Shown one piece after another: positions 1-13,359 of a DNA stretch of 64,000 nucleotides. Position numbers and translations under genes: made by a program. The stretch is taken from contig NC_081370.1 of assembly GCF_030684315.1 (NCBI RefSeq), positions 36,784,728 through 36,848,727 of the forward strand, written 5' to 3'. The DNA is from Stegostoma tigrinum (Eukaryota). Each line of letters opens with the position of its first letter. Within the stretch, counting starts at the first letter, position 1. The notes below the pieces were generated by a model that searched no databases, had not been told where the DNA came from, and saw only the letters and a list, made by a program, of their open reading frames with translations.

Positions 1-1000
1 CAACTATCTTCATCCAGAAATACTGAGTAGAGGATCCATCTTGGCCTCCTCTTAAAATTCCCAGCAATACAGATACCAGTCTTCAGCTAATTTGACTCAG
101 ACAGTTAGTATCAAAAAAATCACCATATTTCCTGGCAACTTGCTGGCTGCATTACTGGGCTCTAGAATTGACCATGCTGCTCCAGTAAAGCTACAATACG
201 GGCATCAAATGGACTAAAACAAAAACCATGGAAAATTACCCAGAAATGCCCAAGCCACAAAAACCAGAATAAATCCATTCTGGCCAACCACTGCCCCATC
301 AATCATCAACAAACTGATGGGAAGTGATATCCTCAATGCTGTCAAGTGGCACATACCCAGGAACAATCTGCGCAAAGATTTGGGTTTTCCAATGGCCACT
401 TGCTCCAGACCTTGTTAGAGTCTTGAACCAAGCATGGACAAAGGAGCTGATTCCACAGTTGACTTTAGAGTGACTGTCCTTGATATCAAAGGGGCATATG
501 ACTGAGTGTGGCATCAATGAGTCAAAGTGAAACTGAAGTCAATGAGAACCAGAGTGAAAACCTTCCACAGCTTGGAGTCATTCGTAACACAATGTGATTA
601 TTGAAGGGCAATCATCTCAGCCCTAGGATATCACTGCAAGTCTTCCTCAGTAGTGCCCTGGGCCAAACTACCTTCAGCTTCATCCAAGACATTCCTTCCA
701 TCGTAGGGTCAGAATTAGGGATGTTCTCTGACAATTCCACAATATTCTTGGTTCCTTAGATAATGAATAAATCGATGCCTGCGTGCAGCAAAGCCTGGAC
801 AACATTCAGGCTTGGCTGATAAATGACATTCATACCACATGAGTGCCAGGCAATGATCATTTCCAGCAAGACAGAATTCTATCCATCTCCCCTTAATTTT
901 CTACTGCATTTCCATTGCTGAATTCCCACCATCAATACTGTGGGGTTATCGCTGTCTCGAAACTCGATTTGACCATATAAATACTGAGGCATTGGACGCT
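1..1000 (+). mobile_element. Degraded non-LTR retrotransposon (CR1/L2 group) RT fragment
   Basis: Decayed RT motifs (ALDIKGAYD.VWH-like at ~475-515; ...PQ.S.LG.T.FS-like at ~645-680). Same family recurs at 9140-9370, 47600-48200 and 56050-58500. Boundaries approximate. Confidence 0.65.
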
Positions 1001-1799
1001 CGCCAACATAAAGCTGTGACCTGACTTACAGTGTGTGATTCAAGCTCCCAGGCAAACTTGTTTAATGAATTTAAACTCCACCAGCTGCAATGCCCAGGCC
1101 TCAGAGCATTAGGCTGTGCCTTTGGACTAATAGTCCAGTGACATTATCCAATAACTCAGCAATGCCCAAACCCGATTTTGCTATCATCTCACCAAACCGA
1201 TAACATATCACTAACTCACGGTGAGTCAATGAGCTCTCCAATGCTGGGTAACAGGTTTGTTGTTGTCCTGTTCAACACAGAAACACAATACGCTTATTAC
1301 CACAACACAAACAGTTAGCAAAGATCTGATCTGATACACCATAAAGGTATTTTAATTTGTCGTACCAAGACTTACAGGAAGGTGATTGACTAGTTGTGGT
1401 CAACGTTCTACTGTTAAGAATGATACTACTTGTTAACACCTATAAGTTTGTGTTTACACATTCTGAGGATTATTCAGTATTCTCTACTTCGGTTGAGATC
1501 ACAACAAACAGATCAACCCTGATCTCACTGAATGGTACAGCAAGTTCAAAGGCTTACATTGTCTACTCCTGCTCAAGAGACCTATGTACCTAAGGGCAAA
1601 TATCTCCAATCTCCATGAATTGACCATGCTCCAAAATATTTAATTCTGGTGCCAGTATCCTAAAGCCTTTTTAAAACATGCAACTCATAATGTATCGAAT
1701 TATTTAATACATATGTTATAAGGCAGACTGAAGTAGAGAATACTAAACAATCCCCATAATGTGTAACCACAAACTTACAGGTGTTAACAAGTAGTCACA

Positions 1800-2640
1800 A
1801 TGGGATTTTGATCAGATGGACCAATGGACCAAGGAGTGGCAGGTGGAGTTTAGATAAACGTGAGCTGCTGCATTTTGGAAAGACAAATCAGCAAGGACTT
1901 ATACACATAATGGTAATGTCCTGGGGAGCATTGATGAACAAAGAGACCTAGGAGTGCAGGTTCATTGTTCCTTGAAAGTGGAGTCACAGGTAGATAGGAG
2001 AGTGAAGAAGGCTTTTGGTATGCTTGCCTTTTTCAGTCATTGCATTGAGTATAGGAGTTAGGAGGTCATATTGCAGCCATACAGGACATTGATGAGGCCA
2101 CTTTTGGAATAATGTGTTCAGTTCTGGTCTCCTTGTTATAGGGAAGATGTTCTAAAGCTGTAAAGATTTACAAGCATTTTGCCAGGGTTGGAGGGTTTGG
2201 GCTACAGGGAGAGGCTGAATAGACTGGGGCTATTTTCTCTGGAGCATTGGAGGCTGAGGAGTGACCTTATAAAGGTTTATAAAATCATGGATGGCTTGGC
2301 TAGGGTAAATAGACACGGTGTTTTTCTCAGGGTGGGGGAGAGTAAAACTAGACAGCATAGGTCTAAGGTGAGAAAGAAAAGATTTAAAAGGGGTCTAAGG
2401 GGCAACTTTTTCATACAGAGGGTGGTGCATATATGAAATGAATTGCCAGAGGAAGTGTTGGAGGCTGGTACAATTACAACATTTGAAAGTCATCCGGATG
2501 GGCATATGAATAGGAAGGTTTTAGAGGGATATGGGCCAATTGCTGGCAAATGGGATTAGATTTATTTAGGATATTTGGTGGACATGGACAAGTTGGACCA
2601 AAATGTCTGTTTCCATGTTGTATATCTATACGACTCTATG
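1800..2640 (+). mobile_element. CR1 LINE 3' fragment
   Basis: ORF 2179-2436 (PGLEGLGYRERLNRLGLFSLE...RGNFFIQRVV) is a typical CR1 ORF2 C-terminus; ends in ctctatacgactctatg tail. Confidence 0.85.
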
Positions 2641-2649
2641 TCTCTCTGA

Positions 2650-3230
2650 CCCTAATAGGAAGCAGAGAGATTATACTAAACCTACATAGGGCACTGATTA
2701 GAATTCAGTGGAGTAGACTTGAGAGCAGCTCTGGGTGCTTTATTTTTGGAAGGACGTGAATGCATTGGAGAGAATTTGGAAGATGTTTATGAGAATGGCT
2801 TCAAAAATGAAACATTATGTTTATGAGGATAGATTGAAGAAGTTAGGAATGTTTTCCTTGAATGTTTTCCGAAACTAAGAGAGATTATTGAAGTTTTCAA
2901 AATCAAGAAGATTTTGGACTAGATAGGGAGAAACAGTTCAGAATTGTAAAAGGATGATGAACTGGCGGGCCACGTTTTGAAAGTAGTTTGCAAATGAAGC
3001 AGGTATAAGATGATTAAAAGCTCTGACACAGTGAGTGGTTTGATCTGGAATACACTGCCTGAGAGTATGGCGAAAGCAGGCTCAATTGAGGCATTTAAGC
3101 GGGTCCTGCATGATAATTTAAATAGGATCAATGTGTGGGGTTATTCAGAAGAGCCAAGAGATTAGCACAATGTTAGGATGCTCTGACAACTGGCCCTCTT
3201 TTGCACTGTAACAATTTTGTGATTCTGTGA
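2650..3230 (+). mobile_element. Older CR1 LINE 3' fragment
   Basis: Degenerate YEDRLKKLG.FSL and WN.LP motifs; gtgattctgtga tail. Confidence 0.6.
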
Positions 3231-6200
3231 TCAAGGCAATAATTGGGTAGTCCCACAGTTAGTTCACAATGAGGTGGTGCATTGGGCCCAATAGTTAATA
3301 CAACATATACAATTACCTCATCTAGATTAGAAGATTAATGTAATTATTAGTGACTGCCTGGCTTGTGTTCGGAAAGTCTGCAGGTCCTTGGTTAAAATGT
3401 CCTGTAGCCATGTTATAATATCTATTGTCATAGAAACATTGGCAATCTCACCAGATACTGTATGATAACCAGTACAGTTTATAATTGACAGGACCATTAT
3501 TCTATTGAGAGGATCCACTGCTATACAAACTGTAATGGCTTTAATTTACTGGAGCTGATAAAACAGAACTAAGGTCAATCAATGGATGCATTTTCCTGAT
3601 CAGGTCACAAAGAGATACTGAACACAAGATCCCTAATGTCACATCTATTTATTCCCGGGATAAGACTGCTAATACAACTAGGAACTCTGACAGTTACAGG
3701 GGGCATTCCTTCAATAACATGACCCCTGGGAATGAGTCAGTACACGCAAGGTGATTCCCAGGAATGTGTTTGTAGTTCCTCTTAAGACAAGGTTTGAAGT
3801 TCCTGTGCTGCAGTTTTAGTTGGTATTGATATATTATAGACTTGAGATCATTCACCTGCTTGGATGAGGTGAGATGAAGTAAGGGTAGGAGGAAGCTTGT
3901 GTGGAGCATAAGCAACTGTACAGAGCAGTTGGGCCGAATGGCCTATTTCAGTGGAGTAAATTTCTTTGCAATCCTACTATTTTAAGTTGGGTGCCAATGC
4001 ATGGTCAGAGCTCAGAAGCCCCAGGACCGGGACTGGTTCGATATGTAGCACTTACTCCCTGACTGAGACATACTTAATGGGAAACAGGTCATGTCAAACA
4101 AAAGGGCTGTTTAGAAGCAGGGGAGCTGCAACACCAGTACCTCATAAATCAACTGCTGGCTGAAGCAAGAGCTAAAATAACTTGAGCTCATGTTTAAGAA
4201 TTTTTTCTCAATTTGATTGATTTTGTTTCATACATGACCAACCATGCCCTCAAACTTTTACAGTGACATCTGTTCCTTTATGAGTTCTTGCTGCTGAAAG
4301 CATTATCAAACTATTTATGCCCTGAATAGGTTTGACAAACTTGCAAGAGTAATAGCTTAACCTTAAGGACTTTGCAGCAAGTAAAATACTAGAAAACAAT
4401 TCTAGGAATTTTGAAATAATTGTCTGGACACTTATTTTTTGGTGTTCAATGCTTCTAATGGTCAGTAAGAAACACACTGATGATTGGGAAGCGATAGCTG
4501 TTTGACCAGGAGATATAGGATAGAGTAATGGAATATGATACACTAAGCTAGATCTCAAGAATCATCTCATCAGGAGATCCCCAGCTTGCATCTGGCTTCA
4601 TGGACACTTGAGCAAGTCCTGAAAAAAGAAAAACTTTTCACCCTATATCTTCAGAGAATTGGTTCTGGTGTCCGAGAAACAGAATTTTTATATGTATTGA
4701 TTGATGTACAAAATTCGAAAGGCAGAAAAATAGCTTTGAGGAGTACACAAACAGTATAAAATTCTTTTTTCATTATATTAACAGTTTAAAGTATGTTGAT
4801 CAAAAGTTTGCTTCCTTGGTTTGCAATGGGATGAAACACTGGAGTCAAACAGTGACTCATTGGGGTAGCTTGTCTTAGTTCAAGTGCCACTTCCACAACT
4901 TCAGTGGTTTTGGTCTCAACGTTTCTCTCTAAATCAGTACCTAATACATTTTATTTGATCATTTATTTCATTACAGTACCTTGGACCTTACTGGGTGATG
5001 TGTCTGTTGCATTTCCCTTCATTACAATGACTAACCTCAAAAATATTCAATTGGCTGTAAAACACTCTGGAACACCTAGAGGTTATGAGCAAAGAGGTAC
5101 AAATGGAAGTCCCTCTTTTCTTCAATTATAATTTAAATATGCTGCAAACAAGAAGGAAAGGTTTGATCAATAATGCTCTGTAACTGCTGTGTCCTTTAGT
5201 TTTCAGCTTATCCCTGGTTGAGATGGTGATTCCAGTCCAAGAGAGACACTCACTGTTGTTGCATCTGAAAAAGTATTTTAATTAGTTTGTTGTATGAGCA
5301 CACAAGCTCATTACACTTAATATGCTGCGGGTCATGATGAAAGTTGCTGCCATTATCCTCTTTAAATGTAAGAAACTGTGGGGCCTGCTTTGTCTTATGG
5401 GGGGCAGGTAATTAACAAATATAATTTATTGCAATGTTAGCAACTAGATACATGTTACATTGATAGGTAAGGCATTGTTGCAGAGACTTTGAGGAGGATC
5501 AGATGTGAAGTAAGCTGCTCTTCCCATAAATCCACACAGCATCATCATGGTGGGCAGTGCTAATGACACAACTGAATATTAATCCTTTCCGACTCATTCA
5601 CAACAATAATTGGATGTTTTGATTTTCAGACCCTCAAGATAAAAACCATTAAAAAAAAGTACAAGAATAATGTCAAGAGGCTAATCCAAACATGTGGCCA
5701 TCTAGTGTTCAGATGACAATATGCAATGACTGTTAACGTTAATTCATCATTTGCAATATTTGGAGATTTAAAATGGAATAGCTGATTATACTTGAAGAAG
5801 AAAAGGGATTACATTGAAAGTGCTCAGTCTGGAGACAAGGCTTAACCACACACTGACAGCAGAATCACCAGCTGGTGTTTAGCTACCATTTTGGAACTGT
5901 TGGGAGCGGCTTCTCAGGGGCTGGCAACAGCAGTAGCTAGAACTGTGGTACTACAGCTGGCTCTGTTGTACAGTAGCGAGGGCTAAAGTGCAGCCAAGCG
6001 GTGGTAGTCAGGGACTCTATATGTGTTTCTGTGGCTGCAAGTGAGACTCCAGGATGGTGTGTTGCCTCCATGGTGCTAGGGTTAAGGGTGTCACTAAGTG
6101 GGCACAGAATATTTGATCAGCCAGATGTTGTGGTCCAGGTTGGTATCATTGACATAAGCAGAAAAAAAATGAAGTCCTAAAAAAGGAATTTAGGGAGTTA

Positions 6201-6785
6201 GGCAGCAAGCTAAAAAGCAGGACCTCTAAGTTTGCAATCTTGGGATTACTCCCTATGCCACTGAGGCCAGAAATAGGAAGATAGCAGCTGAATATGTGGC
6301 TAAAGAGCAGATGTAGGAGGGAGGGATTCAGATATCTGGATTATTGGGATCTCTTCCAGGGCAGGTGGGACCTATATTAAAAGAATGGGCAGCACCTAAA
6401 CTGGAGGAGCCCCAATATCCTAGTCGGAATGTTTGTTAGGGAAGAATTAAACAATATGGCAGGAGGCTGGGAACCAGAGCAGCAGGTCAGCATGTGAGGG
6501 GATGGAAGAGGTTAATAGGATGAACAAATTGGACCAGCTTAATGAACAAGGTGGGACTAAAAAAAATGTATTGAGTAAGCCAGGAGGGAGAAATAATTTT
6601 AAAAATGCTGAAGGACAGCATAGCATGTACAGCCAAAATGAAATTTATTTACATAAAGGCACAGAATTTAAGGAGCAAATTGAATGAACCGCAGACACAG
6701 GTTCAAATTGGAAACTACGATATAGTAGCCATTACAGAGACATGGTCGCAGGATAGTCAGGGCAATGAACTAAACATACAGGTTA

Positions 6786-7401
6786 GAGATAATGGGAACT
6801 GCAGATGCTGGAGAATTCCAAGATAATAAAATGTGAGGCTGGATGAACACAGCAGGCCAAGCAGCATCTCAGGAGCACAAAAGCTGACGTTTCGGGCCTA
6901 GACCCTTCATCAGAGAGGGGGATGGGGTGAGGGCTCTGGAATAAATAGGGAGAGAGGGGGAGGCAGACCGAAGATGGAGAGAACCAGCCCAGTTCGTCCC
7001 CTCCCCCCACCGCACCACACAACCAGCCCAGCTCTTCCCCCCCACCCACTGCATCCCAAAACCAGTCCAACCTGTCTCTGCCTCCCTAACCGGTTCTTCC
7101 TCTCACCCATCCCTTCCTCCCACCCCAAGCCGCACCCCCATCTACATACTAACCTCATCCCACCTCCTTGACCTGTCCGTCTTCCCTGGACTGACCTATC
7201 CCCTCCCTACCTCCCCACCCATACTCTCTCCACCTATCTTCTTTACTCTCCATCTTCGGTCCGCCTCCCCCTCTCTCCCTATTTATTCCAGAGCCCTCAC
7301 CCCATCCCCCTCTCTGATGAAGGGTCTAGGCCCGAAACGTCAGCTTTTGTGCTCCTGAGATGCTGCTTGGCCTGCTGTGTTCATCCAGCCTCACATTTTA
7401 T
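6786..7401. mobile_element. Penelope-like element (family A), inverted/fold-back insertion
   Basis: Left arm is the reverse complement of the right arm; near-identical to the 3' end of the ORF-bearing copy at 60541-62075; 15-bp TSD taaacatacaggtta at 6771-6785 and 7402-7416. Confidence 0.9.
7314..7341 (+). ncRNA. Minimal hammerhead ribozyme-like motif (PLE family A)
   Basis: CTGATGA-a-GGGTC-ta-GGCCC-GAAA-CGTC: both catalytic-core boxes, a 5-bp stem II and a GUC triplet. Identical copies at 6886-6913(-), 12422-12449, 32730-32757(-) and 61984-62011. Stem I is weak (about 2 bp). Confidence 0.7.
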
Positions 7402-7779
7402 TAAACATACAGGTTAAAAGGTTTACAAGAAGGACATAGAAAACAGCAGAGGGGTAGAGGAGCATTACTAATTATGGCAAGGGAGGATGTAATGAGGGCA
7501 AAGCAGCCAGTGGAGACCTTGTGAGGAACTGAGGAACCTTAAAGGAACTAAAACCATAATAGGTTTATCATACAGACCACGTGGCAGCAGCTCAGAAACG
7601 CTAGATCGTATAAATGATGAAATTAGGCAACTATGTAGCAAAGGCAAAGAAGTATTAGTGGGGGATTTTAATCTTAATATAAACTGGGAAAGACAGAAAA
7701 GCATCTACCAGAAAGGTTGTGAACTCCTAGAGTGTGTTGATGTAGTTTACTACGGCAGTATGCCTCGGATGCTACATGG

Positions 7780-8490
7780 CACCAGGTTATAGCTCAACAG
7801 GCTTATTTGAAATCACACAAGCTTTCAGAGCACAGCCCAATTGACAGGTGCAGTGAGAGAGAAGAGCACACAGACACAGGGTTTATAGGCTGCGAGATGA
7901 AGGGCAGAGAGATCAAAAGATCATATAAATGGTATGAGTGGAGTGTCAGATAATAAGTCTCTGCAGGCGACCAAGAGTGTTAGACGGCGAGTAAAGTGTC
8001 AACAGCTGAATAACCAGCGAAGGTCATGACCTATAATTCTATTAAATGAGGCAGAGAGATGATTACAAAAAATTTAAAATAAGGTGGTGCTGGAGACAAG
8101 CCAAATGACTGGAATAACACGACGGGTATAACAGTCGCATGCTGAGGGTCTATCCAAAGTCACAAGTAATTCAAAAGTGTCCAAACTAGTTAAGGTAGAG
8201 AAATCACAACAATTTATCAAGGCGATGGTGTCAAAACAGGACAGTGAGGAAGATTTTATAGATATAGAACAGTGTGGTGGGGTCACATGTAGCACGACAT
8301 GACCCCAAGATCACGGTTGAGGCCATCTTCATGGATACGAAACTTGACTATCAGTCCCTGCTCAGAGATTCTGTGTTGTGTATCGTGAAGGCCGCCTTGG
8401 AGGACACTTATCTGAAGATCGGAGGTTGAATGTCCTTGACCGCTGAAGTGTTCCCTGACAGGGAGGGACCATTCCTGTCTGGTGATTGTC
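7780..8490 (-). mobile_element. Penelope-like element (family C) 3' fragment
   Basis: Minus strand 8290-8490 reads LPVREHFSGQGHS..DLQISVLQG...EQGLIVKFRIHEDGLNRD, a PLE GIY-YIG C-terminus. An inverted copy of its 3' UTR lies at ~8580-8690. Confidence 0.7.
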
Positions 8491-8848
8491 GCCTTAACTG
8501 GGAGAGACAGAAAAGCATCTACCAGAAAAGAATTCCTAGAGCGTATTAACTTATTACCTTAAATTACCTTAATTATGTTTGTAAAGTTTTGAATTACTTA
8601 TTACTTTGGTTAAACCCTGGGCATATGACTCTTATACTTATCATGTTATTCCAGTCATTTGGTTTGTCTCCAGCACCCCCTTATTTTTAACTTTATTTCA
8701 TTCTATTGTAAATAACATTTCAGAAACAAAAATGGCCTGGATTTTTCACTGGCCAGACCATCATTTTTCCAGTATAGATAACAGTTGCATGTGGAAACCC
8801 TGCAGAACTCCCATCCCAGAACACCCCAAAGGAATTGCCCAGGATATC

Positions 8849-8978
8849 CTCTCGGATTAAGGGTCTAGGCCCGAAACATCAGCTTTTGTGCTCCTGAGAT
8901 GCTGCTTGGCCTGCTTGTTCATCCAGCTCCACACTTTGTTACCTTGGATTCTCCAGCATCTGCAGTTCCCATTATCAC
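8849..8978 (+). mobile_element. Short PLE family A terminal fragment
   Basis: Matches the family A 3' end; 13-bp TSD tgcccaggatatc at 8836-8848 and 8979-8991. Confidence 0.85.
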
Positions 8979-9977
8979 TGCCCAGGATATCGAATGTTCC
9001 ACTAGGTGATTTCTCCATGCCTGGAGCCCTCTGAAAGTATCCATTTAAATCAGAGTCTTTAGAGGGTGCCAACTAAAGTAAGTAAAATAGTTACTCAGCA
9101 AAAGTTAGACTGTTAAATACATGGTGTATTGCCTGAGTGACTAATATCTATTAACACTACCCTGAGGGACTCCTGCAGAGATGTCATGGAGCTGAAATGA
9201 ATGATCCATAACAAACATAACGATTGTCTTTTGTGCTAAGTATGACTCAGACCAGAAGAAAGCTTTTCCTCTGATTCCCATTGATGATAGTTTTGCTAGG
9301 GTTTCTTCATGGCAGAATGTGTCAGATGTGACCTTCATATCAAGAGCAGTCACTCGCAATTCCCCTCTGGGGATCACAGGACATTATTTACAGCATTAAT
9401 GTACCAAGACCACATCGAATGTCCACCACATGCTTAAGTACAATGTCAGAGGTCTTTAATTCCAGATTGAAACTGGTAATTAAATGTATTTATGAATAAA
9501 GTGGCACAGAAGCAGAGAAATATTGTACTTTATCAATAGCACAATTTCTTGGAAAACTATAAAAGATGAAATTAATCCACAAGAGATCATACAATCTTTT
9601 ACATTCTAATGGACTGCATTTGGAAGAAGTAGTTTTTCAAAATTTTTACTTAATTTCTTCAGTGAAGAAACTTCACAAGAGTCCATGTATCAATTCCAAA
9701 AACTATAACAAGAGCTAAAACTCCAAAAATGAAAAATTGAACCATAACATATGTTCATCATCCACTTTTTAAAAAATTAGTTACTCTGACAATCTAAAGA
9801 GAATACAAATGTCCTCTTCTTTGCCACAAGATTTATTTTAGTTCTCAAGCCAGCATAAAATAATGCCTTATCGAATGTACTTGCAGAGGCAGAAAAATGC
9901 TTTTATTCTCTTTAAAACAATTCAAGTGCAAGGGCTAATTTAAGTACACATGAACACAAAAGTGTGAGCATGTGCGT

Positions 9978-9978
<1 letters not shown>

Positions 9979-10011
<33 letters not shown>
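9979..10011. repeat. (CA)n microsatellite
   Basis: About 16 perfect CA units. Confidence 0.98.
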
Positions 10012-10013
<2 letters not shown>

Positions 10014-11901
10014 ATTTTCATAGATACTTGCATGTTCTGTGTCTACACAACTGCTTTCACACACATGTAGAATGCATGTTCTAGGGTAGAAACTATATCA
10101 TAGGTTACTCTGAATGATGTAATTGCTGCTGCACAGCAAACCATATTCTGGGTATTTGGGTGCACAGAATTCAGGAGTCTGAAACCTTCAAGTCTGCAAT
10201 TCAAGCAGGATACCTGCAGGCAATGTTGGTACAGGGTTGATTCCATGCTGCATTCCAAATACTTAAACTGTTCCTGCATTATTCTTGCAGATGGTCTGGT
10301 TGCATTTAAAGGTCGCATAAGGACTGTCTGGTCACATACCTTGGGGATATATTGTACAAATGGAACACAGCGATAACATTCCACCTCTAGCACACAAAAA
10401 TATTAAGAAACTTGACAAAGGATGCTAACATGTAACACTAGACTTTTTAGGAGTTGCTGTTATTGTGTTTAGCAATTGTAAATGAAATAACTAGGAATGA
10501 TAAGTTTTTAGTGTTAGAGAGAAATCAGTAAAGGTCATACAGCTCTCAGACTTGGACAACAAAGGCTGGCGATAGATGGCGCTTTGTAAAATATTTCTAC
10601 TGTTGGCATTTTGCCAACTGATTATAGTTAATGAAATATAATCACTATCATACATAAAATTAGAAAGTCAATGTGGAATGATTTAACTGCCCACGCTCCA
10701 ACACATTAACATGATTAAATCTTAAAATCTTAATCTGCAGAAGTCACAAAAAGGCTATCTAGAACTACAGCAGACGATGATGTGCATAATTGCTGGAAGA
10801 CTTCCTCTTGTGCACCAATGATTCTCACAAAGCATTATCATGCTGGAAATCTGACTAACAAACCTCGGCTGACAGATTTTGACCTCTTAAATCAGTGCGC
10901 CAGTGGAATTATACACCCAGTGCTTGGTTCCAGCATCCCCATGTCATTGTGTTTTCAACATCCATTTACCCAACACCGATGCCCCCCCCCCCCCGCCCCC
11001 CGCACCATTCCTCACCCAATTCCCTCCCCAGTGTCCAGGAATTGACAATACATCACTTTTTATTCAACACAATGGATAGTAATTAAACCCTTACACAAAC
11101 CCAGCAGGCAGGCACAGCTGAGTGTATTTCCCATTCAATTCATTATTTTCTTTAAGAGAGCAAAACTCAAGCTGGTGTCTACTTTCAGTTCTTTCCTATC
11201 TGCTTGTTCTAACCCATTTACTGTACAGAGCAGATGCAATTTCATTGCCCTATTGGAATGCAGTCAGTAATTGAAATTGTAATCTGTGCATCATGAGCAA
11301 ACAAATTAACATCTTAATACAATTTCTAGGCAGCAATGTAAGGTGTCTTAAATTCCATGTGCAGGTAAGTGTGATACAGCAAATGTAATCATGATTGAAA
11401 CTGTTCCTTGTGACATTCAAAAGCTAATCTATTATTCAGAGCAGCCCGTTGAGAGCTCTAAATTTTCTTCATTAGCTTACATTCTACACAATGTTTATCA
11501 GGAATGCTGAAATAATCCATCACAAATGAGTTTTATGTACCATCCAAAAGTTCTCAAAATACCAAAAAGCAAAGACTAAATCCTATGAATTAAAATTGTG
11601 GTATTGATAATAGCCACTGTGATTTGTACCTGGGCTCTGATAACTGGCTAAATATAACTTGCTTAACTCTTCTCTCCTTGTACTGATGGCTATGCCCTTG
11701 ATACAAAATATGTTGAGCTGTAGCTAATCAAGAATGTGATGAATGAATCCCATGGATTCTTTTTTGGGCTTTGAATAAAGGGCTGTGAAATAACTCCACA
11801 GAGGCCAGTCTCCCATCACCACATGGCCCTTTAATTTACACATGAAGAGGCCTTGACACTGATCCAGATCTCTCAGGGTGAGCAGAATATCTGACATGCT
11901 T

Positions 11902-12544
11902 ACCCTTTCCACTCCCCCTCCCATTCTCTTGATGACATGTCCATCATGGGCCTCCTGCACTGCCACAATGATGCCACCCGAAGGTTGCAGGAACAGCAAC
12001 TCATATTCCGCCTGGGAACCCTGCAGCCTAATGGTATCAATGTGGACTTCACCAGTTTCAAAATCTCCCCTTCCCCAACTGCATCCCTAAACCAGCCCAG
12101 TTCGTCCCCTCCCCCCACCGCACCACACAACCAGCCCAGCTCTTCCCCCCCACCCACAGCATCCCAAAACCCGTCCAACCTGTCTCTGCCTCCCTAACCG
12201 GTTCTTCCTCTCACCCATCCCTTCCTCCCACCCCAAGCCGCACCCCCATCTACCTACTAACCTCATCCCACCTCCTTGACCTGTCCGTCTTCCCTGGACT
12301 GACCTATCCCTTCCCTACCTCCCCACCTATACTCTCTCCACCTATCTTCTTTACTCTCCATCTTCGGTCCGCCTCCCCCTCTCTCCCTATTTATTCCAGT
12401 TCCCTCTCCCCATCCCCCTCTCTGATGAAGGGTCTAGGCCCGAAACGTCAGCTTTTGTGCTCCTGAGATGCTGCTTGGCCTGCTGTGTTCATCCAGCCTC
12501 ACATTTTGTTATCTTGGAATTCTCCAGCATCTGCAGTTCCCATT
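11902..12544 (+). mobile_element. PLE family A, 5'-truncated copy
   Basis: GIY-YIG C-terminus (EQQLIFRLGTLQPNGINVDF) plus 3' UTR; 15-bp TSD atatctgacatgctt at 11887-11901 and 12545-12559. Confidence 0.9.
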
Positions 12545-12931
12545 ATATCTGACATGCTTGTTTATATCTGTCAGACAGGGCTCCCTGATTGGGCCGGATC
12601 AACAGCCCCAGTCATATTCTATGAATTCCTCCTGGCTGACCTCATTATAATCACTATAAGCATGCGAAACTGCCAATTCCCTGAGGAATAGGTTCCTGCA
12701 TGGGCCAGTTTGGAGGTGAGAATAAAACTATCTGTGACAAATAAAGGTAATTCAAAGCTTTTTCTGTTTCGGGACCCTGCAGCTTTCTGGACTCAATAAT
12801 TGAGTTCAACAACTTTAGGGCTTGAGCTTTCCCATGTCCTAACCCCAACCCCAGTCTGCTATTATACACAACCCATTAATAGCTATTCAGCCTCCTAGCT
12901 GGGTCGTTATCCATTCCTTTATCTGTCCAAC

Positions 12932-13092
12932 AAAACAGAAGTTGCTGAAAAAGCTCAGCAGATCTGACAGCATCTGAGAAGAAAAATTAGAGTTAATGTT
13001 AACTCTGATTTTGTTTTCTTCACAGATGCTGCTAGAGCTTTTCTAGCAACTGCTGCTTTTGTTCCTGATTTACAGTATCCACAGTTTTCAGT
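12932..13092. mobile_element. Palindromic (fold-back) short element derived from a PLE family B terminus
   Basis: Imperfect inverted arms centred on gagttaatgttaactc; 15-bp TSD ctttatctgtccaac at 12917-12931 and 13093-13107. Confidence 0.75.
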
Positions 13093-13204
13093 CTTTATCT
13101 GTCCAACTGCTTTCTCTTTTGGGCTCTATCCCCACCTACTGTTTACTCCTTACCCACTTCCCCTACTCTTTCTTCTGGATATAAACCAACATTTTCCTAG
13201 CTAC

Positions 13205-13310
13205 TGTCAGTTCTGAGGAAAGGTCACTCGACACGAAATGTTAACTCTCATTTCTCTCCACAGATCTGCCAGTGCCAGACCTGCTGATCTTTTCCAGCAA
13301 TTTCTGGTTT
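13205..13310 (+). mobile_element. PLE family B terminus with hammerhead-like motif
   Basis: agtt-CTGAGGA-aaggtcactcgacac-GAAA-tgtt-aact (stem I agtt/aact). Related termini at ~23817-23915, 34260-34360(-) and 63776-63905. Confidence 0.65.
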
Positions 13311-13359
13311 AGGTGGAGAAGCTGCATGGTCAGACAGCACCATGCAGCAAAAATGCTGA

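Larger units (their letters stand above)
5880..7770 (+). mobile_element. CR1 LINE 5' part (ORF1 SGNH-esterase-like plus ORF2 APE endonuclease), interrupted by a Penelope insertion
   Basis: VV.GDS and RMVCCLHGARV motifs at ~6000-6080; YDIVAITETW at ~6715-6745; VLVGDFN at ~7650-7670. Split at 6786-7401. Confidence 0.75.

Noticed and set aside
4550-5270. Good minus-strand acceptors (~4620, ~5265) as GALNT18 exon 2
   Set aside because: Translations hit stops and lack the expected LF..WG..L / YGYNAYLSDRL motifs.
6869-7171. Pro- or Gly/Trp-rich ORFs repeated across the window
   Set aside because: Alternative frames of the C-rich PLE 3' UTR.
10043-10393. 116-aa minus-strand ORF in the GALNT18-like intron
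   Set aside because: Non-ATG start, no homology recognised, and splice phases incompatible with a frame-preserving exon.
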